Shown here in pieces: positions 49,430-62,990 of a stretch of 64,000 nucleotides of DNA. This DNA comes from Malacoraja senta (lineage: Eukaryota). A program made the position numbers and the translations under genes. The stretch covers positions 7,442,001-7,506,000 of the forward strand of contig CM075988.1 of the NCBI GenBank assembly GCA_038087875.1, given 5' to 3'. The notes under the pieces were generated by a model. It was not told the DNA's origin, did not search any database, and worked only from the letters and a program-made list of their open reading frames with translations. Position 1 is the stretch's first letter. Every line of letters starts with the position of its first letter.

Positions 49430-49660
49430 TTTTTTACTGAAAAACCTCATGAGCCAAAATAACTCAATGATTCAACATGTTGGCGTTAAGTGTGGATGCG
49501 GTGCCAAAGAAAGCACAGCAATAATCAAACCAATGGATTCAGTAACCGAGTATGGTGTGCCAGTGTTAGCTAGCAATACTCATGCAAGTATGACCTACAC
49601 TCAGCTAAATGATGCTTTGCAGATCATCACAGGTGCTCTGTCGATTACCTGTTCTACCCT
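49430..49660 (+). mobile_element. Possible Vingi/Ingi-like LINE remnant
   Basis: SVTEYGVPVLASNTHASMTYTQLNDALQIITGAL resembles the post-RT motif YS.AEY..PVW..S.H....D..LN...RIITG.L. Confidence 0.45.
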
Positions 49661-52021
49661 GCAGCTTCACAATGAATGATCTGGGAAGCTGAAATTCTGG
49701 AGGTGGGATGGAGGGGAAATGTGCCAAATCTAGCAAATCTACCCCCGCCTTTGCCTGCAGAAGTGTTGAGCTCAATGAGAGCCTGTCGGAAGGGTTCATG
49801 TGATGAGAGGTGATCACGTACACAAAATGTGACGTGATAGTGACTTTGGCGTTAGTGTAAATTACAAATGATTGCTCCAGTGTCCTGATGGATGAGGACA
49901 TGCGAACACACTTCAAAACATGCTCAAAACCATGTTTATGCACTAATTATCTTTTTTATTAAATAGTGTAATTTCTTATTATTAAATCATTCAACTTCTT
50001 GACTTTACTCTTTCCTTACAGTTTTTAAATGTTCTCATCAGCAGTGTTATTGCGGCAAATGTTTTCCTTAGGCGCTGCATTAATTTGCGACGTTATGATG
50101 CAATGATTATCTCTTTTCATTTTTTAATTTGGCTAAACTTGTGCTGCGTTCGCTCGAAGCCCAATTATTCCGCAGGCTGTGTACACGCTCAGCAAATGCA
50201 TGCAGCACAGAGATTGTGTTTCCGAGAACTTCCGACAGAATACAAGGAATTTTAAAATAGTCATTTGGTTTCTATATTACGAGCATTTAATGATTATGTT
50301 CTCTTGTTGTTTTGCTTGTAAATAAATTGGCAGTGACAATTTAATCTTTATAAAGCGGTTTAATACTTTCCAGTGTCTACGTTGATGCATGGTGTTAGCG
50401 TGCATCCCGCATACTCCCTAGTAAGCATTTTATGATTGTGGTTATATGTTAGACTGCAGACATATTGATTTAGATGCAGCAGAAAGTAATGATTTTAGTT
50501 ATGTTTCATTAGTTGAAAACTTTCTGTAGTGACTGTAGGTCGAGGAGGGACACAACTTACAAGCTAACACAATTAACATGTTTTGACTGTACAGAGCCCA
50601 GAAGCCGCCTGTGCCAGATCTTTTTTGTTGAGATTCTTCCCAGGCCCAAGTGGGAAGCTGCAGTACCTCGAGGCAAATATGTGAGTGGTTGTCTTCCCGC
50701 ACTTGCAGATATATTTCAGTGTTTTGACGCCAAGTGTATTGACTATTACCACCTGCTATGATTAAAACAGATGCAATAAAAATGTGCTTACTGCTTGCTG
50801 TAAGGATTTTAATCTTTCAATTAAAAGAAATCTTGTTCTTTAGGATACTATATCTAACAGTGGCCTCCAAAATCAGCCAATTCTCTGTGCAAACACCAAC
50901 TCTGTTAGGGCAATTATTTTTGGGCATTATTTGCGCTAATGGTTTTGCCCTGTTCTTTAATTATTATTGCAATTGTGTCTTGTAAATTGTTTGGCTTTGA
51001 GTTTTGCTGGTTGGTTGTATTTGGGAACATATGAACCAGAGGCAGAAAGTCATACAGCATGGAAACAGGCCCTTCGGCCGAACTTGCCAACACCAACCAA
51101 CATACCCTATTTACACTCGTCCCACCTGCCTGCGTTTGGCCCATATCCCTCCAAACCTATTCTATCCATGTACCTGTCTGAATGCTTCTTAACTGTTGCA
51201 ATAGTACGTGCCTCAACTACCACCTCCAGCTGCTCATTCCATACACCCGCCACCCTTTGTGTAAATAATAAAGTTACCCCTCTGGTTCCTATTATATCCA
51301 GAGACCCGGGTTTGATCCTGACTACAGGTGCTGCCTGTACGGAGTTTGTACATTCTCCCTGTGACCACGTTGCTTTCCGGTTTCTTCCCACACTCCAAGG
51401 ACGTGCAGGTTTGTGGGTAAATTGGGTTCGGTAAAAAAATTGGAAATTGTCCCTAGTGTGTAGGATAGTGCTAGTTGTTCTTCAGACGAAGAAGGTTCCT
51501 AACCCGAAAGGTCACCTATCCCTGTTCTCCTGGCCTGCTGAGCTACTCCAGCACTCTGTGTCTTTTGTAAACCAGCATCTGCAGTTCCTGGTTTCTGCTT
51601 TGTGTTAGCTCACTTAGTCTGCCTTTATCCCCTTCCACATGGCTCATATGCTCTTCCCCGCTCACGTTCCCACCCAGCTTCGCATCTACCAGTAAAATAA
51701 TATTGTTACTGAGTGCCTTTTCATCTGTGTCATTTGATAGTGATTAACTGATTAGCCCAATGCCAATATCTAGGGTACTCCACCAATAAAAGTTTTCCAA
51801 ATAGAAAACTGCTGCTACTCTCTATATTTATGCTTTCATCAACCCTTTGTTCAAACACATAAGCTGTTGGACAACAACATCTGGTGCTTTGTGTTTTGTT
51901 TAAAAAAAACTAAATAATCTATATTCATTGATCTTCTGCTTAAGGATACTGCTAGTTACATCTTTGAAAAGTATAGATCGTCAGACGTGATCATCTTTCA
52001 CTGATCCACATTGATCCAAGG

Positions 52022-52150
52022 GTGTAGGAAGGAACAGCAGATGCTGGTTTACACAGAAGATAGACACAAAATGCAGGAGTAACTCAGCGGGACAGGCGGC
52101 ATCTGTGGATAGAAGGAATGGGTGACGTTTCGGGTCGAGACTTCTTCAGA
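52022..52150 (-). mobile_element. Mini-PLE full single arm; further diverged copies at 51477-51595, 52306-52495, 55272-55372, 55465-55587, 58440-58680
   Basis: gtgtaggaaggaacagcagatgctgg...ggtgacgtttcgggtcgagacttcttcaga. Confidence 0.8.
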
Positions 52151-52511
52151 TCCAAAGGTGCTGTCACCAGAATCTTAAGAAAGGATTCCAGCAATTTTCT
52201 GATAATTAATTTTCGGCCAATTGGTTTGTGGTTCCCTATCTTCTTTTCACTGTTCTTTTTCTTGAATAGTGGTGTTTCACTGGCCAGTTTCAAACAAATT
52301 GAGACTGTAGAAACAAGGAACTGCAAGATGCTGGTTTGCAAAGAAGGACATAAAGTGCTAGAATAACAGTGGATCAGGCAGCATCTCCGGAGAACATGGA
52401 TAGGTGACGTTTTGATCATCAACGGGTTTTAGGACCTAAGACGTCACCTATCCACATTCTCCAGAGATGCTGCTTGAGTTACTCTAGCACTAGGTGTCCA
52501 ATTTAGACTGT

Positions 52512-52748
52512 CGTTTAGTTTGTAGCGCAGAAACAGGGGCTTTGACCCACATTAGGGACAATTTACACTTTTTACCAAAACCAAATTAACCTGCTAACCT
52601 GTACGTCTTTGTAGTATGGGAGGAAATCGGAAAACCCACGCGGTCACAATGTACAAACTCCAAACAGACAGTACTCCAGGTCAGGATCAAACCCGGGTCT
52701 CTGGCACTGTAGGGCAGCAACTCTACCACTGTGCCACCGTGCTGCCCC
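52512..52748 (-). mobile_element. HE1-like SINE
   Basis: Reverse complement of consensus. Confidence 0.78.
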
Positions 52749-53851
52749 TGTTCCTGGAGTTTACACTGGAACCAAAGCCACAGACATTAGGGAATGGAGA
52801 ATCAAAGTGGAAGGAAACTGGATATCAGGGTCGTCCTTGTGTACTGAACAGTTATTCTGCAAAGCTATTCAATCTGAGCTGGTTTTCTCTGATATTTAAA
52901 AGATATATATAATTCTGTCTTCATAGATGCCTTGTTTTTATTTACTGGTTTTAATGTTGCTATCATGGAGAAATTTGATATGAGATTATCTTCACATTGT
53001 GTCCACGTGGACAACACTGAACCATGCTTCTCAGTGGTTTAAGGCACTTGCCTTTTAGGTCTCCATACATAAACCATCTTATTATCTGAAGGTTAAGATA
53101 GATGGGGCCAAGTAACTAACGATCCGTGTGTTCTTGATTCTGTTGCGTTTAATTGCGGCTTTTGAGAATTGCCTTCATCTTAATGAATTAACTTAGGAAG
53201 TGGGTTTGGTAGCTGGAGAAAGTGCAAATTGTTTTCTCTTTCCTGTGAACATTAGCCATCTGTTGACTGCTCCCAGCCCCTTGTCGAAATAAGAACCAGC
53301 ATAAGTGAAGTATGAGAAAGTAAGGTTAATTATTGTGATTTCACTGATAGTGTCGCAATGATTCTCTCTAATAATCACTAATAACTAAATAAAATTAATT
53401 ACCTTTTTTTGTAAAACATATCAAGCTGAAATATATTTTATCCTTTTCACTTTGGTCTAACCTTATGATTCGTGGTCACTTTTCAACCTCTGAGGATCTG
53501 GTCTAGTTATCACATCTGGAGAGCTCGCTCATTCATCAGGATTAATTGCCCCTCTGGGGCATGCATTTTGTTGGGCTCAACATCTGTAATGGTGTGAGTT
53601 GATCACATGAAGGTGCACACTTGTGTCAAAGCAAAACAAAAAAATAAGCTTCAAAATATATTTTTGTCGCACGCGTGGGACTGCAAATGGACCATTGATT
53701 GTGCTGACAATGTGGAGTATTACCAGCATTTTGTTTTTATTTTGTACTGACAAAGATCTTGGTTAAATTCTTACACCATATTCAATTAGCAGATTCCTGC
53801 CAGCTGGCATTAGGTGTGTTAACTGTAGATCAGGAAGGTTACATTCAAACC

Positions 53852-54105
53852 TAGTTTAGTTTAGAGATACAGTGTGGAAACAGGCCCTTCAGCCCACCGA
53901 ATCCATGCTGACCAATGAACCCCCATGTGCTAGTTCTGTCCTACACACTAGGGACAATTTATAGAAACATGCACGTCTTTGGAATGTGGGAGAAACCCCC
54001 GCGATTACAGGGAGAACGTGCAAACTCTGTACAGACCGCAGCGATAGTCAGGATCGAAACTGGGTCTCTGGCGCTGAAGGCAGCAGCTCTACCACTGTGC
54101 TGCCA
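53852..54105 (-). mobile_element. HE1-like SINE, followed by a CR1 3' end (about 54115-54295, minus)
   Basis: (tttag)n tail, core, B-box; adjacent aaataggtgcaggagtagg CR1 tail. Confidence 0.8.
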
Positions 54106-55605
54106 TGTTGATTGAGTTACATAGAAACATTGACATAGAAAATAGGTGCAGGAGTAGGTCATTCAGCCCTTTGAGCCAGCACCGCCATTCAATATAATCA
54201 ATATGATCATGGCTGATAATTCAAAATCAGTACCCTGTTCCTGCTTTCTTCACATATCCCTTGATTCCATTAGCCCTAAGAGCTATATCTAACTCGTTAA
54301 CAGATCGTTCATTATCTTTTTGAATGGCAGTGCAGTTTTGAGTCTGTGTTTGCTGTCGATCAGCCCGTTCCTTGTGAATTACCCAGAATACCTACATTTA
54401 GGCTCCAATGCGCAAAGGCCCGAAACCATAAGACTGGTCAATGAGCCAACTGAGAAGCACCATTGAAAGCTACCCCTTGATTGTGGAACAGTTAATTAGA
54501 GTGTTCTTTTACATTTTAACGTGTGTTTAGAGTTCTCTCCATTAATTGCATGCAAGACGATACTTTGCTTAATCAGACTGGATTGATTTATTTTCTCGCT
54601 GCCATTCAGGACCTGCAGCGTGCAATTAGCAACATGAAGCTCTTGGCCCAATTTCTGGAGTCAAATTAAATAATTCCGAAATCAATACTGTTGGCAAACA
54701 CCCCTAATTTGTTCAGTTCATTAAGGCTTCATTCCACAAAGGTCTGAGTTCAAATGTTAAAAATCTTGTGATGTGAGGAAATTGTATTGCTGCAGAATGT
54801 GAGGAACTGTGCATGATTGGAGCTATTGATGTCTGGCTAATTGTGAATAAACTCTGAGGATGAATCTTGTGAGGTCTGAGTGTTGATGCTTCAGATGATA
54901 ACTGCAGGAGTTGGGAGTGTGCTTTGTTGTATTGTCCCAACGTCTGTGACACGAATCAATGCTACTCACTGAAGGGATCCTGGATTAAATGCGTTTAATG
55001 GGCAGTTCTGTACAAATATCAAACCGATTTGGCTATAACTGGCAGTTGGTTAGGACTGAGGTTTAACATGGGAAGTAAACTTCTGCAGTTGAAGGTGTTT
55101 TCCCAAAGTCGAGACTGTTCGAGAATGGAAGGTATTTCAAGCTACATTTATCCATAGTATACAGTGCACATAATTGTGCTCATATTGTGCCCTGGATCCC
55201 ATTCCACAGAGGGGGCATCCTGAATGAATATAACATTCTCCTGTACATGTAGAAGATAATAGTTTGTCTGATGTGCAAGAAGGAACTGGTTTAGATCGAA
55301 GATAGACACAAAAAGCTGGAGTAACTCAGCGGGTCGGGCAGCATCTCTGCGTTTTTGGATTGAGACCCTTCATCCTGCCTGATGCATAATTAACTTGTGC
55401 CTGATAACTGCAAGGCCAGGAATAGAGATAGCACTGATAGTCTGTTATCCATGAATTTTGAGAGTAGAAACAAGTGCTGGTTTCCAGAAAAAAATAACAA
55501 AAAAGTACAGGAGTAACTCAGCGGGTCAGGCAGTATCCCTGGAGAACATGGATAGGTGACATTTCAGGTTGGGACCCTTTTCAGACTGGATATTGAGTAT
55601 AGTAG

Positions 55606-55982
55606 TAAAGTAAAGTAAATTTATTTATATAGCACTTTTCAATCGATTTCAATCAAAAGCCAAAGTGCTTTACAGTGAAAACTATCCATACAAATAATAA
55701 AAAGAGGTAGAAAAAAATGACACAACACACTATAAGAGATTCAACACGAACATCCCCCCCACAGTAGAATCTACACTCTCCACTGTGAGGGAAGGCACCA
55801 AAATGTCCAGTCCTCCTCCTCCTCCTAGTCCACCCGAGGTCGGGGCCAGTCTAAGGCCACTGCAGCCAGTCGCCGCAACGGCAGCCCGATGTTGTATGCC
55901 CACCTGCATCGGGTGGAAAAGTCCTCAGCAGCTTGGAAATGTCTGGAGCGGCCGCTCCTTCCCCGGAGACTGCGACGCCCGT
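55606..55982 (-). mobile_element. Second copy of the L2-tailed GC-rich retroposon
   Basis: Collinear with 26044-26450. Confidence 0.7.
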
Positions 55983-57289
55983 ATATTTTAACAGCCATGC
56001 CTATTAATGGATCCCCACTGTTGAACAACTAATAGATTTATGTAGCAGTACAATGTATTTCTTAAAGATGTACATTCAAAGATGGAGCAGTAAATTCATT
56101 TGCTTCCAGTGTCTTACTTCCCACAAAGGTGTACCTACATCTTTGATCAAACATTTGGTCCTCTACGTTATTGCCAATTTTACAGCACTTCATCTGCTAA
56201 TATTCTTGTGCAGCACCCTTGGGATATTCTTGTTTTTAAATACATCAAATGTTGCAACAACAAAAAATCCCAATGCATTGCAATGTGAGCTGGAGGGTCC
56301 ATGGCCAGGGCTGTATGTGATAAATGGTCCTGCAATATTCCAGGTTTCTTTGACAAACTTTCCACATCTCAATTCTGTAGCCATGAGAACAGCAAATGCA
56401 ACAAATGCACCAGGAACACAATTATTCTTTTTTTCAAAATCTGAATTCCCCCCCCCCCCTAATATTGCTGAATCTGCAATATTCTTCATGTGCTCTGTAA
56501 ACTTCACAAAAGAGGCCCTGTAATCTTCTCAAGGCAAAACGAGGATTGGCAATCAATTCTCGCCTTGCTGTCAATACTCTTGTCCACAGATTAAAACTTA
56601 ATTGAATTGTGCTGCAGTGTGTTGATGCTGCAACTTGTCAAGCCATTAGGTTCAGCAAATGGCTGATTCATACTGAATCTGCAAGCTCATGTACCTATTT
56701 TCTCTCCCTTTCTCACAGGGCAGTAGTTGTCTCTGGACTAACCCATGCCAAGTCCTATAGCCACTTCCTTTGCATGAAGTTCTTGCAAGATGTAAAGAGG
56801 CTAAATAATTTGTTAATTATTCCTTTCCTTCTTTAATATTTCCAACATTCCCCGAAGTTTTTATCTTATTTTAAGAGAGTCACAATCACAATAATACTTT
56901 ATTAGCCAAGTATGTTTTGAAACATACGAGGAATTTCATTTGCCAAGTCAGTCATACAAATAAAAAGCAACGGAACACACAAAGCAGATTATAACATAAA
57001 CATCCATCACAGTGACTCCTCCACATTCCTCACTATGATGGAAGGCGAAAAAAAGTTCAATCTCTTCCCTTTGCTCTCCCGCGGTCGGGGGCCTCGAGCC
57101 CTCCGTTGACCGGACGATCTTCGCTCCCGTAGCTGAAATGGGCCTCCCTATGTTTAAATAAGGTTGCCTGATTCTTGATCGTTGGTTTCTTAAACCAAAC
57201 TCTCTTTATAAAGGGCAAATGAAAATGAAATAAAACCAGATGCTGCAAATCTGAAGTAAAACTGAAAAGGCTCTGCAGGTTTTTTTTAA

Positions 57290-57570
57290 TTTTTTGGCCC
57301 ATCGGGTCTGCGCCGACCAGCGTTCCCTGCATATTAACACTATCCTACATACATTAGGGACAATTTTTACATTTTTGCCAAGCCAATGACATACCTGTAT
57401 GTCTTTGGAGTGTGGGAGGAAGCAGAAGATCTCTGGGAAAACCCACGCGGTCACAGGGAGAACGTATAAACTTTGTACACACAGCACCCGTAGTCGGGAT
57501 CGAACCCGGGTCTCCGGTGCTGCAAGAACTGTAAGGCAGCAACTCTACCGATGCACCACTGTACCACATC
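57290..57570 (-). mobile_element. HE1-like SINE
   Basis: Reverse complement of consensus. Confidence 0.82.
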
Positions 57571-57954
57571 CTATCTGTGGAAAGAAGAACAAAATTGGTG
57601 TTTTAGATGAACGCCCTTCATCCGAACTGTTATAACTTTATAAAGGGGATTGATTGAGATTTGTGACTTGAATGGTTGGATTACAATGACATGATCTTTG
57701 ACCCGCAAATAACCATGCAAGTGATTCATATAGTGGGTCCCAATCCACAGAATGGGCACTCTCAATCCTGTTCTTCTCCCACTGCTGTTGTCTTTGGCAC
57801 AGTAGCCTAGTGGTGGAGTTGCTTCCTTACAGGTGCCTTATTCTAAGTGAAATCCTGCTGTATCCTGGTCAACTGTTTTGTCTTTAACTGCACTTGAGAA
57901 TATCCTGGGACTGTAAAAGCACATTAAACAAGTATTATAAAAACAATTTTTAAT

Positions 57955-58225
57955 GGGCTGCACAGTCGTAGGGCTGCTGCCTTACAGCGGCAGAGACCTG
58001 AGATCGATCCTGACTATGGGCGTGTCTGCATGGAGTTTGTACGTTCTCCCTCTGATCGCATGGGTTTCTATAGGTGCTGCGGTTTTCTCCCACACTTCAA
58101 AGGCGTTCAGGTTTGCAGGTTAATTGGCCTCTGTAAATTGTCTCTAGTGTGTCAGATAGTTCTATAGCAGTTTGACGCAGACTTGGTGGCCTGAAGGGCC
58201 TGTTTCCATGCTGAGTTTGAAAACT
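57955..58225 (+). mobile_element. HE1-like SINE
   Basis: Head, core, tail. Confidence 0.78.
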
Positions 58226-59664
58226 TTAAGAAACAATGTATACAAAAAGATGGACGAAAATGATCGTGTATCAATGCTGCCTTATTTCAAAGATAGTGCA
58301 GTCCATGAACTATTAGTCCATGAAGTGCATGCGGTCCATGGACATTAGAGCCAGGAATCATTCAATAAAGTTGCCGTGCAGTTTATCGTCATACTCAATA
58401 TAATTACGAGATAAAATGTCAACCCCATGTTTATTGGCAGACAAAGGAACTGCAGGTGCTGGTTTATACCAAAGATTGACACAAATGCTGGAGTACCTCA
58501 GTGGGTCAGGCAGCATCTCTGGAGAAAAGACAAAAGAGGATAGAGAAAATGGCATTGATTTGTCCCATTTTTTTGGACTTAGTTATTTTTGGCCACAACC
58601 CTACTACAATCAGTCTGAAGGAAGGTCCTGATCCGAAATATCATCTCTTCTTGTCCTCCACAGATGCCGCCTGACCTGTTGAACTATGAGTTATGTTCAA
58701 CTCATGATTCCTGCATCTTTGGTGGCTCTTTTTAAATTATAAAATCAATCTAATCTTGTTGGGGGAGGGGTGGGGGGTGCAACTTCATGCTTTGTGTACT
58801 GTTGGTGCATTAACTTTCTTGCAACCAGCAAACAATTGTGATATTCTAAAATGTTCAAGACCAAGGACAAAAATATTGACTCCCCATCACCTCCTGTACG
58901 TATGTTCGCACAAGGATTGGGCATATGCACAGAACAAGGAAGGAAACAAACTGCAAAAGTTTAAAAATATATATATATTTTGGAGATGTTAAATATAATC
59001 TGTACTCGAGTAGTCTGTGAAGTAGTTACTCATTACAAGGAGTGCGTGTGATCTGGTAATCGGCAGTGGTTGTTGTAGAATTCTGCATCAGTACAGCTGG
59101 CACAGCGGGAACGTTTTTGGGATCTGTGGACTTGCATGTGAGCTAAAAGTCTCTGTTTCTTATCAGCCTCCGTCGTACAGAAACTGTTCCCTGGACCATC
59201 ATTCCCTGTAGAATGTGATTTTGGCTTTTCAAATTGCCCCCTGGGGAAAAGGCATTTCGTAGTGAAATGGCCTTGGACATCTGACGTCCACAGCAGTGCA
59301 TCAAATGGGCATCTGTGGGAAGTGTGAAATTGCAGGAAACAGCAAAGCCTGTGGATTTATAAAAGTACCATTTTAGGAAGCAGTGAATATGCGCAGGTAG
59401 CTATTTGTAGTACAATTGTTTAATTCTGTTCATGTACTAGGTTGTAGGAGCAGAGCTTGTGTGCTTTTCCTGTATCACCATCTTAAAGAACAAAAAAGGT
59501 ATCCTTAGTATATGCTCAGTGTTCAGTTTCTGCCCTTTCCCCATGTTGAAGATCTTCAGTGAAGCCAGTCCCTTTAAAACAAAAAAGCCAGTTTATAATT
59601 TTGAACAAATTGCATTAAATCAATAAACTGTTGTAGCTGTAGGGGCTATGTTATGATTTGCATT

Positions 59665-59963
59665 GAAAGATACAGCCTGGAAACAGGCCCTTTGACCCAC
59701 TGATCACCCGTTCACACTAGTTCTATGTTATTCCACTTTCGTATCCACTCCCTACACACAAGGATCCATTTGCCAATGCAAATTAACCTACAAGCCCACA
59801 GGTCTTTGGGATGTGGGAAAATAAAACTGAGCACCTGGAGGAAACGCACACGGTCACGGGGAGAATGTGCAAACTCCACACAGACCGCATGAGAAGTCAG
59901 GATCGAACCCAAGTCCCTGGCGCTGTGAGGCAGCAGCTCTACCATCTGCGCCACCGTGCCACC
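59665..59963 (-). mobile_element. HE1-like SINE
   Basis: Reverse complement of consensus incl. ctgcgccaccgtgcc head. Confidence 0.82.
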
Positions 59964-60609
59964 CATATGAATGTGCAGCATTTAAAAAGGAGAAAAAATG
60001 CCTGCGCAGTCTTGTATGCAGCCACATGCAATGATGCGCAAAGCTGGTGTTATCAGGAAGGTCAAAAATTGGTCAACAGTTATTTAAGGTAATGACAAAA
60101 CGAAGAGGAGAGCTGTGATTGATTTTGCTCGAGGAGTGGAAATGCTTTGGAATGGGTAATCCATAAGGCTGGTGGAAGCAGGTTTAATAGCAGCTTTCAA
60201 GGAGAGGTGGAACAGGTAATTTAACAGGAATTAGTTATTGGGCGATGGGGAATATAGAGAAGTTTATTAAATAGAATATTTAAGAAAGTTTGCAGGCATA
60301 ATGGGCCAGTGGACAGTCTGCAGAGCTGTATGAATAAGTCTCTCAAGTGTTGGTCAGAAACAGGTGGTAATAGGCTTGACTCCTCGCACTCGAGTCATAC
60401 AGTCAGAATCTCTTGCCCTCAAGTACAATTGGTGATTATTGAATGCAAATAAGGAAAACCCGCAGATGCTGAAGTTCTGAAATAAAAATACAAGATGCTG
60501 AAAACACTCAGCAGGTCAGGCAGCATCTGTGGAGGGAGAAACAGGCATACACCTATCTTAACTATATTACCTGCATGTTAGCTGTCCCTTCCATTTACTG
60601 TTCCTCTGC

Positions 60610-60910
60610 CTCTATAATTGCTCCGATTATGAGATTCCCCCACAGGAACCTCCAAGATGGTTTCCTTCTTCCAGAACCATGGCTTTCTCTCTATCATAGT
60701 TCACAGAGCTCCTGACAGTATTTTGTGTATCTTCATAGGCTCCCCATGCCAGAGTAAAGACTGTTCTCCAGGACTTCTCCTTCCATCCCGCCAGCCCCCA
60801 TGTTCAACGGGTCATTTTTGTTATTGCCAGGAATTTCAATAAGATTCCACAACTAAACCCTCCACTCCCTCCTCAGCATTTCAAAAGGGCCATTTCAATG
60901 TCCTGGTTGG
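60610..60910 (+). mobile_element. Old Penelope-like ORF remnant (RT-endonuclease linker)
   Basis: MVSFFQNHGFLSIIVHRA and later FHP.S.H.Q / P.SAF.R remnants resemble the PLE linker; an inverted terminal-repeat arm lies just upstream (60455-60540). Confidence 0.45.
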
Positions 60911-61049
60911 CATTCTTCCTTCAAGCAGCGCCATCGGACATAAACTGTTTGTTTTGTAGAGATTTGTTCAGCATCGTGTGGGTTTGGAATTTTTTAAATC
61001 ACCAGTTCTGCATGTGAAAATAATAATGTGCCATTGAATTGGAGCAAGA

Positions 61050-61460
61050 GAGAGTCATAGAGTCATACAGCATGGATACAGGCCCAACGGCCCAACTTGC
61101 CCACACCGACCAATATGTCCCATCTACACTAGTCCCACCTGCCTGCGTTTGTCCCAGATCCCTCTAACCCTATCCTGTCCACGTACCTGCCTAAATGACT
61201 GGCATTAAGGTGAGAGGGGAAAGATTTAATAAGAACCTGAGGGGAAACTTTTTTTATTCAGAGGGTGGTGGTTATATGAAATGAGCTGCCAGAGGATTTA
61301 GTTGAGGCAGATACTATAACAATATTTAAAAGACACTTGAATGGATATGAAAGGTTTGTAGGAATATGGGCCAAACGTGGGAAAATGGATCTAGCTTAGT
61401 TCCATTGGTCGGCAGGGACGAGTTGGGCCGTAAGGCCTGTTTCCGTACTCTATGACTAAG
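61050..61460. mobile_element. Two CR1/HER1-like 3' fragments in inverted arrangement
   Basis: gagtcatagagtcatacagc... (minus tail) and ...gggccgtaaggcctgtttccgtactctatgact (plus tail). Confidence 0.7.
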
Positions 61461-62250
61461 ACGGAACCTAGGTTACTCGAGCAGCCACACTACCTGCTGC
61501 ATCAGTTTGTGACAGGGGTTGGAAGGTAGCACTGTTTGGAAATTGTGGTCCTCTTTCAAAATGTATTTTCAAGGAATATATCTGTTGCTTGCACGGTAGC
61601 CGTTTATTCAGTATCACTTATTGCCTTATTGCCCTTGAGAAGATCATGTTGAAATGCTACAGTCATTGTTGTGAAACAACCACGTCGCTTTTGGTTAAGT
61701 AGTTTTATATCAAAGGAGGATTCTTATCGGAGGTTAAATTTGGTAAGAAGAAGTCTCTCTTCATTGCATTATTTTCCCCTTTGAGGGTCGTTGAATCAGC
61801 TCAATTGAAACCGCCTTGGAAAATGTTCAAGAAGAGACCTTGAAAGATGACGGGATTTTTGTTTTGGGCAGATTCCATGTCTGTGTCCTCACAACGACTA
61901 ACTGCTGTGACCAATTACACTAGTTTGATTCCATTAAGATACATGCATATCTCACAGCCACATCAGTGAAGCATAATTAGACAAAACTTGTGCTGAAGAA
62001 ATGATTAAAGTCTTGAATAGATTTTAAAGGAAGAGGAAAATTCCTGTATGCAAAACTCACTTAGTTGTGAAGGGCGAGCTGAAAGTTGTGATGTATGAAA
62101 TAGAGTTGAAACAAAGTTTATACAGAGGGATGTAAGGATGGAGAAAGTCATTGATATAATAACGTTCCCTAATTCATTTCTTGTAAAATATCCAATTTGT
62201 ATTATGGAAATAGGCATTGTAAGTGTGTTTTACTTCTTTGCATTGGGCAA

Positions 62251-62990
62251 TTTATTTATTTAATTCTTTATTTCGAACAGAATAAAAGAATAAAAAGCAA
62301 GTGTGAAACAGCATACAAAAAACAAAACAAAAATATTTATAAAGTGTCATAAACAATATCTATGAATAAATGAAATCGTATGTGTCCGAAAAGGAGCAGG
62401 AAGAAGCCAAAGCTTATTAATTCCCACCCCTTATTCAACTGCTTATAATTATCTTATACAAATTTAGCAGCTATATGTACACCATATGTACACCAGCAGC
62501 TATGTACACCAAATTATTTACATTTATACACTAATCAAATATTTACAAAGCCATACAAAAAAAGAGAGAAAAAAAGAAAAAAGAAAAAAGAAAAGAAAAA
62601 ACCCTCATATATTATACAGTATCTCTTAGTCATATATACAACCCATCACCCTATAATCACACTTCCCAATACAATCAGTATAACAAATATCCCACTCACA
62701 ATCACCTATCCTCATCCCAATATCCTTTAAAAAAAGTGTACAAAACATCTTTTTAAACTGAATTATGTTTGTGCTAAGTTGTATCTCCTGTTCCAGACCA
62801 TTCCACAAATTCAACTCACAGATTGCTATGCACATACTTTTAAGAGTTGTTCTGGCATTGAGTTTTTTAAATTAAGTTCCCCTCTCAAATTATACCCACC
62901 CTGTCTTTCCATAAACAGTTTTTGTATATTTCCTGGAAGTAAATTATTTCTTGCTTTGTACATGATTTGTGCAGTCTTAAATTTAACCAG
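62251..62990 (-). mobile_element. L2-group (Crack/Daphne-like) LINE 3' fragment
   Basis: Minus strand LVKFKTAQIMYKARNNLLPGNIQKLF...YNLRG / MCIAICELNLWNGLEQEI...IQFKK, long 3'UTR, (aaat)n tail; clade assignment tentative. Confidence 0.6.
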
